Origin: a bacterium
GTDB taxonomy: Bacteria > Hydrothermota > 32-111
Reading direction: 5' to 3'
DNA: 64,000 nt
NCBI GenBank assembly: GCA_046484245.1
Contig: JAWOBN010000081.1
Span: 320 to 64,319 of the forward strand
Shown: piece by piece, positions 37,710 through 47,113 of the stretch
Numbering within the stretch: position 1 is the stretch's first letter
How the letters are laid out: every line of letters begins with the position of its first letter
Notes under the pieces: model-generated
What the model was told of the DNA's origin: nothing
Seen by the model: only the letters and a program-made list of their open reading frames with translations
Database searches by the model: none
Program-made: the position numbers and the translations under genes

Positions 37710-39580
37710 GACTTCTTGCGCCCGAACATCTGGTCAATTATATCCCTGTACTGCGCAAGGATATAGTCGCGCTTCTTCTTCAATGTGCGCGTTAATTCCT
37801 TGTCAATATCAAAGTTTTTGTCCAGAATACGGAATTCCTTCACTCTTTCAAATGGGTGGAATTCCCTGGATTCATTGACAAGCCGGGTTATATTCTTCCT
37901 GACGTTTTCAATGACTCTGGAGTGATTTACAGCATCCTCTATTGAATGGAAATCCTCATTCCATTCCTCAAATAGTTTTCTGATATTCTCCTGCTCCAGA
38001 ACGAGCAGTGCGCCCAGGTGTTTTTCATTGTGACCTACAATAATTGCATGACTTATCAGTTCATCCTGTTCAAGTTTCTCCTCAATAGGCGAGGGTTCCA
38101 CATTCTCGCCTCCCAGCAGTACAATGGTGTCTTTCTTTCTGCCTGTAATGACCAGTTCATTGTTCTTTGTAATAGAGCCGATATCACCTGTAATCAGCCA
38201 CTTGTCCTCAGTAAGCGCCTTGCGTGTCTCCTCGGGATTATTGTAATAACCTTTCATTACCTGAGGCCCCTTTACCCAAATGATGCCTGTCTGGCCTTTG
38301 GGCAGTCTTTCACCTGTTTCTGAACATATCATAATCTCAGTCTCATCAAACGGGATTCCCACTGTGAAGAGTGTGTTCCTTTCAAAGCGTCTTCCTGTTA
38401 TACCGGGTGATGCCTCAGTCATGCCGTATGCATTGATCAGTGTAATGCCCAGTGCATTGAAGAACAGATCAAGATAGGGGGGCATGGAGCCGCCTCCTGT
38501 AAATACACCGCGGATTCTTCCTCCCACAGCATTGCGTACCTTGGAGAATGCAAAATAGGACAGTGAACCGGGAACAAAGAGGGCAGTAAAGATAATAAAA
38601 TTATATATATAGCGCCAGTATCTCTTCAGGGGATCTGTGTCATCAAAATCAGCTACTCTATTGAGCATAAGCTTCTTGGAATAAAAAAATCTCTGCCGCA
38701 CATAGAGCAGTGAATTAAAGATAAAACGGGTCAGTGTGCTCTCTTTCTTGACATTGTTCATTATCTTGGTATGTATGCTCTGCCATAATCTCGGCACAGC
38801 GCACATTGTTGTCGGCTTGTTGTTGACAAGGTCTTCGGCAAGATGCTTGATGTCGGAATAACTGATCTCTGTACCGCCTGCAATACAGCAGTATTCAAAT
38901 GTTCTTTCAAATATATGCCATGTCGGCAGTATGGAGAGAGCTCTTTCTCCACCGCTTGTCTCCGGATTCATGTGAAGCAGAGGCGTGAGTGTGCGCACAT
39001 TGTGCATCAGATTGCCGTGTGTGAGCATCACACCCTTGGGACTGCCTGTTGTACCCGATGTGTAGATTATTGTGGCAAGATCATCAGGATGTAAGCGGGG
39101 GATATCAGGGGAAGAAGAGGTCTCTTCAATCAATGCCTCAATAGTTTTGAAATCCGGTGAACTGTCCATTGTAAGAATCCTGCTCTTGTCAATGTCACCG
39201 GCAATATCATGCACAAAAGAGTCATTCTCAGCAATGAGATACTCACATCCCGAATGCTCCAGAATGCCTTTTAATTGTATGGGCGGTGTGGATGATGAAC
39301 GCGGTACATCAACTGCCCCTATAAGGAGAAGTGCAAGATCGCATACAAGCCATTCCTGCCTGTTGTCGGCAAATAATGCAACTTTTGTTCCCTTTTTGAT
39401 GCCCATATTCTGAAATGCCGAGGCAAGTGTCTTTACCCTGGTTAATACTTCACTGTAGGACAGGGATATAAAATGATTGTTCTTTCTGAAATGCTGCATG
39501 GGGAAATACGAATAAAGATTTTCGGCATTGAGCATCATTTCACTGAGATTTGGCGAATGAAGAACTCTGTAATTGTTCAT
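37706..39580 (-). CDS. Long-chain-fatty-acid--CoA ligase (AMP-forming)
   Basis: AMP-binding signature IIYTSGTTGSPKGVMLTH and the FACL-type length of 624 aa. Confidence 0.85.
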   Translation of the reverse strand: MNNYRVLHSPNLSEMMLNAENLYSYFPMQHFRKNNHFISLSYSEVLTRVKTLASAFQNMGIKKGTKVALFADNRQEWLVCDLALLLIGAVDVPRSSSTPPIQLKGILEHSGCEYLIAENDSFVHDIAGDIDKSRILTMDSSPDFKTIEALIEETSSSPDIPRLHPDDLATIIYTSGTTGSPKGVMLTHGNLMHNVRTLTPLLHMNPETSGGERALSILPTWHIFERTFEYCCIAGGTEISYSDIKHLAEDLVNNKPTTMCAVPRLWQSIHTKIMNNVKKESTLTRFIFNSLLYVRQRFFYSKKLMLNRVADFDDTDPLKRYWRYIYNFIIFTALFVPGSLSYFAFSKVRNAVGGRIRGVFTGGGSMPPYLDLFFNALGITLINAYGMTEASPGITGRRFERNTLFTVGIPFDETEIMICSETGERLPKGQTGIIWVKGPQVMKGYYNNPEETRKALTEDKWLITGDIGSITKNNELVITGRKKDTIVLLGGENVEPSPIEEKLEQDELISHAIIVGHNEKHLGALLVLEQENIRKLFEEWNEDFHSIEDAVNHSRVIENVRKNITRLVNESREFHPFERVKEFRILDKNFDIDKELTRTLKKKRDYILAQYRDIIDQMFGRKKS

Positions 39581-39639
39581 ATTTATTATTATAAACTATT
39601 TTATATAATAATCAATAAATTTCTGAGTGGGATAGGATG

Positions 39640-39678
39640 ATAGGAAAGAAAGGAAAGGGGAACAGTAAACTGTTCCCC
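39640..39678 (-). terminator. Rho-independent terminator downstream of the RRM gene
   Basis: Perfect 9-bp stem GGGGAACAG-TAAA-CTGTTCCCC, followed on the minus strand by TTTCCTTTCTTTCC. Confidence 0.6.
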
Positions 39679-39696
39679 TAAATTATAATCTAGAAA

Positions 39697-39957
39697 TTAT
39701 CTGCGATTATAGTTGCCCTTGTCTTTACGTGGTCTTGCTTCGTCAATTCTAAGTGTTCTGCCTTTGAAGTCCTGGCCATTGAGAGCTTCCATAGCTGCAT
39801 CCATTTCTTCTTTTGCTGACATTTCAACGAAACCGAATCCTCTGCCTTCAATAATCTTTACACTTTCTACATTGCCGTGCTCGGCGAAGAGATCGCGCAA
39901 TTCAGATTCTGATACTGAATAATTAAGATTACCTACATACATCTTACTGTTTTCCAT
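39697..39957 (-). CDS. RRM-type RNA-binding protein (about 86 aa)
   Basis: RNP2 motif MYVGNL and RNP1 motif RGFGFVEM, with a Gly/Arg-rich tail. GGAGG Shine-Dalgarno sequence before the internal ATG (MENSK...). Confidence 0.85.
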   Translation of the reverse strand: MENSKMYVGNLNYSVSESELRDLFAEHGNVESVKIIEGRGFGFVEMSAKEEMDAAMEALNGQDFKGRTLRIDEARPRKDKGNYNRR

Positions 39958-40216
39958 TGTTCCTCCATGGGAATAAGTTAAATGCGACAATTGCCTCTGT
40001 CAGATAAATATATATCATATCAGGGGAACTGTCGGATGGGACAATTGGTATGTCCCGGAAATTAAAACTATAAGGGTATAATACCCTTTTGACTTTATCA
40101 TACTTTTAATATAAGGGTATTTCGGAAAAAGTAAAGGGGTTTGTTAAAAAAAAATAATATTTATAATTCTCATTTTTCAGCTTCATCAGGATAATTGACA
40201 ATCTGACTGATAATAT

Positions 40217-41458
40217 CTACAGATTGTCTATGATCCTTACTGCCTTTTCAATGCCCTTCTGAGCAATCACCTTGCCGGAGATTTCAACTGCACTGCGCCT
40301 GACATCAGGTCTTTCTATTTCATCAAATGCCCTCAGAAGATTTTTTACGGAAAATTGGCTGATTGGCAGTAAATGGGATGCAGTATTTATTCTTCGGAGC
40401 TGTTTTGCCCAGAAGAATTGGTCTGCAAAGAATGGAACAGGCACAGAGGGCACACCGCTTCTTAAAGCAGCCCCTGCAGTTCCTGAACCGCAGTGATGTA
40501 TTATCCCCTTCATCCTGCTGAGATAGACATTGTGATTGACAAAATCTGCTGTATAGATATTGCTGTTACGGGGGGCATTGTAATCTGTCCAGCCCCTGCA
40601 TAGTACAAATCGTTCATTATATGTCCGGGCAATTTCATTGAGCACTTTGATGATTTCTTCCCCATCGCGCGGTGTCATGCTGCCGAATCCTATGTAATAG
40701 GGTTTACTCCCGGATTCAATGAAGTCATCCAACACGGGGTCAGTCTCATTGTCATCATCATACCAGTATCCTGTCTGTATGACTGTATGGGGCCAATCAC
40801 CGGGTTTGGGCAGCAGATATTCCGATACAGGGAAAAAGCGAATATCCCTCTTCAGTGAATGAATAGAGTAATCATAGAGAAAACCCCGCGGCTTTTTCTT
40901 GAGTGCATGCATGCGCCATTTATTCAATGAATCTGCGAATATGGAATTAAACATATACTCTGCTGTCTTGAATGACAGTTTGTTATAAAACGGTAATTGC
41001 AGCGGCGATGGGTCAGGCATGAGCATTGCCGGGAAATTATCAGTAGAGAAGAGCGGCTGATAAAACACGCCAATGGATTTTATCTTAAAGTATTCAGCAA
41101 TATCAGGAGCCATTACACTGAGAGTTGAGTAGATCAGCATATCTGTGTCCCGGGCATATTCCAGCAGAGTATTGCCTGTCTCTTCTATGATATCACCTAT
41201 CAGATTCTTCAGGCCCCTGACGAAATTCAGGCTTGAAGTTCCTGAGTGCATCCAGGTGCTGCCTTCAGTCCGGCTCAGAATATTACTGGGAGCAGCCGGC
41301 ATTCTGATAAATTCAAGACCCTCTGACAGTATTGTGCCGGAGAATTCTTCATGTGCTGCAAAGAGCACTGTATGTCCTGCTCTTGTCAAGGCAGATGCCA
41401 GTTGAATCAGGGGCAGTGTGTCACCTGTTGAACCAATAGCACTAATGAGAATCTTCAT
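40217..41458 (-). CDS. GT1-family UDP-glycosyltransferase (MGT/sterol-glucosyltransferase-like)
   Basis: The N-terminus MKILISAIGSTGDTLPLIQLA is GT28/GT1-like. The C-terminal motif HHCGSGT...G.P is typical of UDP-glycosyltransferases. Confidence 0.75.
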   Translation of the reverse strand: MKILISAIGSTGDTLPLIQLASALTRAGHTVLFAAHEEFSGTILSEGLEFIRMPAAPSNILSRTEGSTWMHSGTSSLNFVRGLKNLIGDIIEETGNTLLEYARDTDMLIYSTLSVMAPDIAEYFKIKSIGVFYQPLFSTDNFPAMLMPDPSPLQLPFYNKLSFKTAEYMFNSIFADSLNKWRMHALKKKPRGFLYDYSIHSLKRDIRFFPVSEYLLPKPGDWPHTVIQTGYWYDDDNETDPVLDDFIESGSKPYYIGFGSMTPRDGEEIIKVLNEIARTYNERFVLCRGWTDYNAPRNSNIYTADFVNHNVYLSRMKGIIHHCGSGTAGAALRSGVPSVPVPFFADQFFWAKQLRRINTASHLLPISQFSVKNLLRAFDEIERPDVRRSAVEISGKVIAQKGIEKAVRIIDNL

Positions 41459-41523
41459 AGATATATTCTAGATTATCTGATCAATTAATCAATATGTTTG
41501 CTGAGAATATTCTCACAAGTGTA

Positions 41524-43161
41524 TCATACATCAATCATCTCTATACCGAAGAACCTGTTTTCATCCATTCTGCCTGCTTTCAATACTGACTTGAATGAAT
41601 CTTTATCTGTCTCTCTTATGATTTCAAGTTTGAGAGTATCTGTATCAAGTTCATTCAGCTGTTCAAGTATTTCATTTGCGTCATAATTGACAATACTCTC
41701 TGTGTAATCATCAAAGGAGTGCAAGCTGCCGGGTGAAAGCAGGTCTTTATCACCTGAAAAGATGAATTGACCGGACCCGGGTTCATACTCCCAGATGAGC
41801 AGTTGCCCTATTCTATGCATTGCTTCCAGTTTATTCTTGTGTTTTTCAATTATACTCTGTGTCTTTTCAATTTTCCCGGACTGCACAATACATTTCTTCT
41901 GATTCTCTTTCAGCTTCTTATTTGCAGTCTTCAGTTCCTCTTCCAATATATTCCTCTTCTCCAATGATTCCATTATCTGCCTGTTGAATTGTTTCAGCTC
42001 TCTGTTTAATGTATTCTCCTTATTGTACAGTTTCTGCAATTCCCTCTCTCTCTCAGTATGTTTGGATATTGTTTCCTTTATGAATTTATATTTGGAAAGA
42101 AAGATACTGAGGGAATTTTCCAGTTCTTCCTTTTTCTCTCTGAGTTGAGATATCTCATCCCTCATACTCCAGTAATCCCTCTTCAGTGACTGTGTCTTGT
42201 TTTCATATTCAGATGCCTTCAGCTTTATATGCTCCAGATAATCATTGTAATTCTGAACTACCTCAACCTTCAGTGATTTTCTTTCCGCTTTGACAGAAGC
42301 TACAATGATAATGCCTGTTGAGATTACAAAGAGAAAGATCAGGAGTTCCAGATATGAATCATAATTCATTCCGCTATAAAACGGCCCGGTGTGATATAAG
42401 AATCCGGTGATTGCCATTACTCCTGTGATGAATAATGCCAGGAAAGCCTCTCTCCTTCCGAACCGCACATTAATCCAGATTATGAAAAATGCAATAAGAT
42501 ATACTATACTGCTGTATGAATTCAGTTCAATCAGGCCGAAGAAGAGGAATGTTGATGCAATTATTATCATTGCCTTATAAAGCAGGAGTTCATACAGCTT
42601 CAATGTGCTCCATGTAATTCTTGCTTTATGTTTCACATAGACAAACAATGGTACAATAATAAGTACAGGGGTTATAATGGACAGCATACACATATAGAAA
42701 TAATCTGCGGAGCATGCAACAGGCTCCCCTGTAAGCATTTGAAATATAATAACATTGATTATGGGGAATATTGCTGAGAAGAGCAGTACACTGAGAATAA
42801 ATTTGAATGCCGACATTACTGTAGAAACAAAATTCTTTGAAGTAATGCTGCGGACTATTGCAATATAAAGTATCAATGAAACTGCATAGAGCAAAGCAGC
42901 GGTCAGAGAATTGGTAATGGGAGTATCTGTTAAAAGATAATTGTTTATAAACAGACCGGTAAATGAACCGATGCCAATACCGTAGAGTAATCTTTTGCCT
43001 TTTATAATGACCATTACAAGGCCTATTGCAGCAGAAAACTGAATAATGGGGGGCATACCGGAAAATGAGAAGAATTGCCTGTCAATTATTATTACAGCAA
43101 TGAGCAGTAATGAAATAAAAAAATTGCGGAAAATCATTCCGGAATTCAGGGATTTTCTCAT
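41524..43161 (-). CDS. Multipass membrane protein with a long cytoplasmic coiled-coil and a C-terminal globular domain. Function unknown.
   Basis: About 8-9 hydrophobic helices in the first 300 aa, then K/E-rich heptads, then a C-terminal domain of about 100 aa. No kinase or cyclase motifs. Confidence 0.5.
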   Translation of the reverse strand: MRKSLNSGMIFRNFFISLLLIAVIIIDRQFFSFSGMPPIIQFSAAIGLVMVIIKGKRLLYGIGIGSFTGLFINNYLLTDTPITNSLTAALLYAVSLILYIAIVRSITSKNFVSTVMSAFKFILSVLLFSAIFPIINVIIFQMLTGEPVACSADYFYMCMLSIITPVLIIVPLFVYVKHKARITWSTLKLYELLLYKAMIIIASTFLFFGLIELNSYSSIVYLIAFFIIWINVRFGRREAFLALFITGVMAITGFLYHTGPFYSGMNYDSYLELLIFLFVISTGIIIVASVKAERKSLKVEVVQNYNDYLEHIKLKASEYENKTQSLKRDYWSMRDEISQLREKKEELENSLSIFLSKYKFIKETISKHTERERELQKLYNKENTLNRELKQFNRQIMESLEKRNILEEELKTANKKLKENQKKCIVQSGKIEKTQSIIEKHKNKLEAMHRIGQLLIWEYEPGSGQFIFSGDKDLLSPGSLHSFDDYTESIVNYDANEILEQLNELDTDTLKLEIIRETDKDSFKSVLKAGRMDENRFFGIEMIDV

Positions 43162-43280
43162 GCATTCTCCTTTATTTACAATATAAGCAGCAATTAGAAA
43201 ATTGCAATGAAAAATTGAATTGTTTGCAATTTTCCCTCAAAGCATTATAATTGAATTATACAACATAAAAAGGAGGAAAG

Positions 43281-43652
43281 ATGAAAGAACTACTTCAAAC
43301 AGCAGACTGGAAGAAGGAAAAACATGTACCTGTTATTGAATTTGACAAGAAGGATGACAACAAGGTGTCAGTGACAGTATCAGTGGGTAAGGAGATTGGT
43401 CACCCCAATACAACAGCCCATCATATTGCATGGATTGAGCTCTATTTTCTGCCTGAGGGAAGCAAATTCCCGTATCTGATAGGCAGATACGATTTTGCAG
43501 CACATGGTGCATCCACAGACGGGCCGGATTCATCAGGTGTTTATTCAGAGCCCTATGCAAATACAGTATTCAAGACAGAGAAGAAAGGCACATTCAAGGC
43601 ACTGTCATACTGTAATATACACGGTCTCTGGACCAATTCAGCAGAAATGTAA
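43281..43652 (+). CDS. sor: Superoxide reductase (1Fe-SOR, neelaredoxin/desulfoferrodoxin centre II type)
   Basis: EKHVPVI, the HxxxxH (HPNTTAHH) ligand region and C-N-I-H-G-L-W match the SOR iron site. AGGAGG Shine-Dalgarno sequence upstream. Confidence 0.85.
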   Translation: MKELLQTADWKKEKHVPVIEFDKKDDNKVSVTVSVGKEIGHPNTTAHHIAWIELYFLPEGSKFPYLIGRYDFAAHGASTDGPDSSGVYSEPYANTVFKTEKKGTFKALSYCNIHGLWTNSAEM

Positions 43653-43655
43653 AAA

Positions 43656-43686
43656 AAGCAGCGGGGCCAGCCCCGCTTTTTTCAGG
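43656..43686 (+). terminator. Rho-independent terminator after sor
   Basis: Hairpin AGCGGGG-CCAG-CCCCGCT followed by a run of six or seven T. Confidence 0.75.
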
Positions 43687-43695
43687 AGGACATAG

Positions 43696-45459
43696 ATGAA
43701 ATGGAAATTAGATGCATTATATGATTCATTTGATGACAGTGCGTTCATAAATGACACGGAATTGCTGGAAACACTGATTGATGATTTCAATATTTGGTCA
43801 GCAGGGAATTTCAAGTCATCAGATAATGAGAATGAAAAGATTGAGGAATATCTTGAGAAACACAGGGAAATTGGCGAATTGCTGGATAAGACATATGCTT
43901 TTGCCCGGCTCAGTCTCTCCGTTGACGTGAATAATGAAGATGCTTCCAAGTTTGAAGATAAGTTGAGGGCATTGTCCGTCAGACTCACTGAACCGGGTGT
44001 TCTCTTCCGTCAGTTCCTTACCAAGATCAAGGATATTGACCGGATAATAGAGGATTCGCCGATACTGAAAGAACATGAATTCTTTATCAAAGAAGAGGTC
44101 AGAAAGGCGCAGCATATGCTCTCAAAAAAGGAAGAATTAATTATTGCCCAGATGAAGCAGACAGGTTCATCTGCATGGACTACACTGCAGAATCAACTCT
44201 CATCAACTCTTATGGTTGACATAGAGGTGGATGGTGAGAAGAAGCAATTACCCCTCTCTGTTGTGAGGAATATGTATTTTGATAAGAACAGGGACAAGAG
44301 GATAAATGCATATAATGCAGAGCTCAAAGCATACAGCAAAATTGAAAAATCATCAGCAGCTGCTCTCAATGCAATAAAAGGAGAGGTTCTGACACTGAGT
44401 GAGAAGAGAGCCTATGATTCACCCCTTCATATGACACTTGAAACCAGCAGGATGAAGGAGGAGACATTAAACGCAATGCTCTCATCCATAAAGAGTCATC
44501 TCAGTGATTTCAGGAAATTCTACAGGAAGAAAGCGGAACTTCTCGGGCATAAGAACGGACTGCCGTTCTATGATGTATTTGCACCTGTAGGTGAATATGA
44601 CAAGCAGTATTCATATGATGAGGCAAGGGATTACATAATCAGCCAATTTGCAACATTCAGCAGTGAACTTTCGGATTTTGCCAAGAGGGCATTTGATGAA
44701 AAATGGATAGATGCCGAGCCCCGTGAAGGCAAGAGGGGCGGAGCATTCTGCAGGAGCATACATGCAATAGGGCAGAGCAGGATACTGGCTAATTTCAATG
44801 GCAGTTTTTCCAATGTCACAACACTTGCACATGAACTGGGGCATGGTTTTCACGGTTATATGCTCAAAGATGAAAGCCCTCTCAATGCTCATTATCCCAT
44901 GCCGATTGCTGAGACTGCTTCAATTTTCTGCGAAACAATAATCAATAATGCTGCATTTAAACAGTCTGATAAGGAAGAACAGCTGTATCTGCTGGAGAAT
45001 GAATTATCTGATGCAGGCCAGGTGATAATAGATATTTACAGCAGATATCTCTTTGAATCCAAATTATTTGAATTGCGGCAGAAGGGTCCTCTTTCCGTGG
45101 ATAAATTAAAGAGGATAATGACTGATGCTCAGAAGGAGGCATATGGCGAGGGACTGGACTCCCAATATCTTCACCCTTATATGTGGGCGAATAAACCGCA
45201 TTATTACTATCCCACTGCCAATTTCTATAATTTCCCCTATGCATTCGGACTCTTATTTGCCAAGGGATTATTTGCAGTGTATGAGAAGGAAGGGGACGGT
45301 TTTGTGCCCAAATACGAGACACTGCTCAAAGCAACAGGCAGGCATATGATTGCCGATATTGCCCGGATGGCAGATATTGATGTGACAACAGAGGAATTCT
45401 GGGACCGGTCTCTTTCACTTATTACAGGAAAGATTGATAGATTTATTGAAATTTCATAA
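43696..45459 (+). CDS. pepF: Oligoendopeptidase F (M3B family)
   Basis: HELGHGFH zinc-binding HExxH motif and 587 aa M3B architecture. Confidence 0.85.
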   Translation: MKWKLDALYDSFDDSAFINDTELLETLIDDFNIWSAGNFKSSDNENEKIEEYLEKHREIGELLDKTYAFARLSLSVDVNNEDASKFEDKLRALSVRLTEPGVLFRQFLTKIKDIDRIIEDSPILKEHEFFIKEEVRKAQHMLSKKEELIIAQMKQTGSSAWTTLQNQLSSTLMVDIEVDGEKKQLPLSVVRNMYFDKNRDKRINAYNAELKAYSKIEKSSAAALNAIKGEVLTLSEKRAYDSPLHMTLETSRMKEETLNAMLSSIKSHLSDFRKFYRKKAELLGHKNGLPFYDVFAPVGEYDKQYSYDEARDYIISQFATFSSELSDFAKRAFDEKWIDAEPREGKRGGAFCRSIHAIGQSRILANFNGSFSNVTTLAHELGHGFHGYMLKDESPLNAHYPMPIAETASIFCETIINNAAFKQSDKEEQLYLLENELSDAGQVIIDIYSRYLFESKLFELRQKGPLSVDKLKRIMTDAQKEAYGEGLDSQYLHPYMWANKPHYYYPTANFYNFPYAFGLLFAKGLFAVYEKEGDGFVPKYETLLKATGRHMIADIARMADIDVTTEEFWDRSLSLITGKIDRFIEIS

Positions 45460-45461
45460 AT

Positions 45462-45484
45462 AAAAGGGGCAATGCCCCTTTTAT
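45462..45484. terminator. Bidirectional hairpin terminator between pepF and the convergent lipoprotein gene
   Basis: AAAAGGGGC-AAT-GCCCCTTTT, with T or A runs on both sides. Confidence 0.7.
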
Positions 45485-46014
45485 TATGGTTTTGTAACTG
45501 TGAAGGGAATCACAGCAGGCACTGCCTTGTAATTATCGCCTCTAATATCCTCATATGATATTCTCAGTTCTATTACACCACTGCCGCTTTGGTCTGTATC
45601 ATCATCAGACAAGTCAATCTGATGAGCATCCCTTTCATCAATAATAATATCTATTGCATCCAGCTCTACAGTATCACTCTCAATTGCTACAGGCATTATG
45701 TACTCTGCTGAATAGGATAATACCGCATTGTCATTTTCACTGTATTCAGGATAAACAGTGTACTGATATCCTGTTATATATGCCTGATCGCCTTCAGACA
45801 GATAAACCTCAGGGTTTATTGATAATGTATCTTCTGCTTCATCATTCCCCGGAGAGTTCCAGCCATTATTGTCTGTGTCAGGGACTTTGAAATTCAATGT
45901 ATTGTCCATCCCATCTATCTTCACAACAGGATGAACCGTATATATGCCCAGAGGTCCTGTTGAACAGGAGGTTAGAGCAAAAATTATTGCTGATAATATT
46001 AATATATACTTCAT
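45484..46014 (-). CDS. Lipoprotein, paralogue 1 of a tandem triplet (176 aa)
   Basis: Signal peptide ending in the lipobox ALTSC. Shares a paralogous N-terminal block with the next two genes. Confidence 0.6.
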   Translation of the reverse strand: MKYILILSAIIFALTSCSTGPLGIYTVHPVVKIDGMDNTLNFKVPDTDNNGWNSPGNDEAEDTLSINPEVYLSEGDQAYITGYQYTVYPEYSENDNAVLSYSAEYIMPVAIESDTVELDAIDIIIDERDAHQIDLSDDDTDQSGSGVIELRISYEDIRGDNYKAVPAVIPFTVTKP

Positions 46015-46023
46015 AGTTTCTCC

Positions 46024-46530
46024 TTATTTAACTGCTGTTATGTAACTGTAAAAATATTTGGTTGTATGGACAGCAGAGAGTTCGTCATAATACTCAGCAG
46101 AAAATTTAATAATACCGCGGGCAACAGAATCCTCATTCCCGTCACTTTCATCAATATCCTGTGCATCGTGACCGCGAAGCATGATTTCAAGTTCCAGGGT
46201 GTCTGACTTGCCTGCAGGCAGTTTCAGTGGTGAAGTAAAGACATGTTCGCCATTTTCCTGCATCCTGCCTTCATAATCCTCTATTCTCCATGAGACCGAG
46301 GTAATGTATGCATTATTGCCCTCTGTTTCTGTTATTATGATATCTTCCAAAACTGTATCAGAGTCCTCCCATCCCCACTCATTGTCTTCACCTGCATCAA
46401 TGGTGAATCTCAGTGTATCTGAAGCATCAATGGTCAGCACAGGGGCATATTCCTCAATTCCCTTGACATTCATTGTGCAGCCTGCTGTAAGGATTGCCAT
46501 TACTGTAATGAATAAATATATCTTTTTCAT
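46024..46530 (-). CDS. Lipoprotein, paralogue 2 (168 aa)
   Basis: Lipobox LTAGC. Shares the PV..ID..DT..F....D.WGW motif block. Confidence 0.6.
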   Translation of the reverse strand: MKKIYLFITVMAILTAGCTMNVKGIEEYAPVLTIDASDTLRFTIDAGEDNEWGWEDSDTVLEDIIITETEGNNAYITSVSWRIEDYEGRMQENGEHVFTSPLKLPAGKSDTLELEIMLRGHDAQDIDESDGNEDSVARGIIKFSAEYYDELSAVHTTKYFYSYITAVK

Positions 46531-46538
46531 AATAACTC

Positions 46539-47042
46539 CTATGGTTTTAAAACCTTAATCGGGACATAAAACGGCACTGATGAGTATTTGCCTCCGCTTT
46601 TGTCATAAAAACTGCATTCTATCTTGATGCTGCCGGGACCCACATTGTCCACAATGCCATTATCCTCATCAAGTTCCATTGCTGTTTCTTCATCAATTTC
46701 CAGATAGAGGGTGTAATTCTCCTCAGCGGATTCTAATTCAACAGGTGAGGATAATTTAATCACTCTCTCATTTACACTCTCATTCTCATAGGATATGACC
46801 GAGTATTTCATGTCAGTGATATATGCTTCAGCACCTGCTGTCTCTTTCAGTGTCAGTATAATCGTCTCAGTATCCATGCCGTCACCTGAATGCCATCCGT
46901 CCGGTTCATTATCCGGGACATTGAAGACAATCTCGGTTGTGTCCCCGTTTATTTCAATAACAGGCCTGTACTGATAAACCTGCATCTGCGTTGAACATGC
47001 AATAATTATTAATATTGCAATTATAAAGATAAATCTTTTCAT
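46539..47042 (-). CDS. Lipoprotein, paralogue 3 (167 aa)
   Basis: Lipobox IIACS. Shares RPVIEINGDTTEIVFNVPDNEPDGWHSGDG. Confidence 0.6.
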   Translation of the reverse strand: MKRFIFIIAILIIIACSTQMQVYQYRPVIEINGDTTEIVFNVPDNEPDGWHSGDGMDTETIILTLKETAGAEAYITDMKYSVISYENESVNERVIKLSSPVELESAEENYTLYLEIDEETAMELDEDNGIVDNVGPGSIKIECSFYDKSGGKYSSVPFYVPIKVLKP

Positions 47043-47113
47043 AACACCTCCTGTTATTGATTATATTACAGAATTAAATCATATAGTCAAGCTATACATT
47101 AATTACAGCTTGC

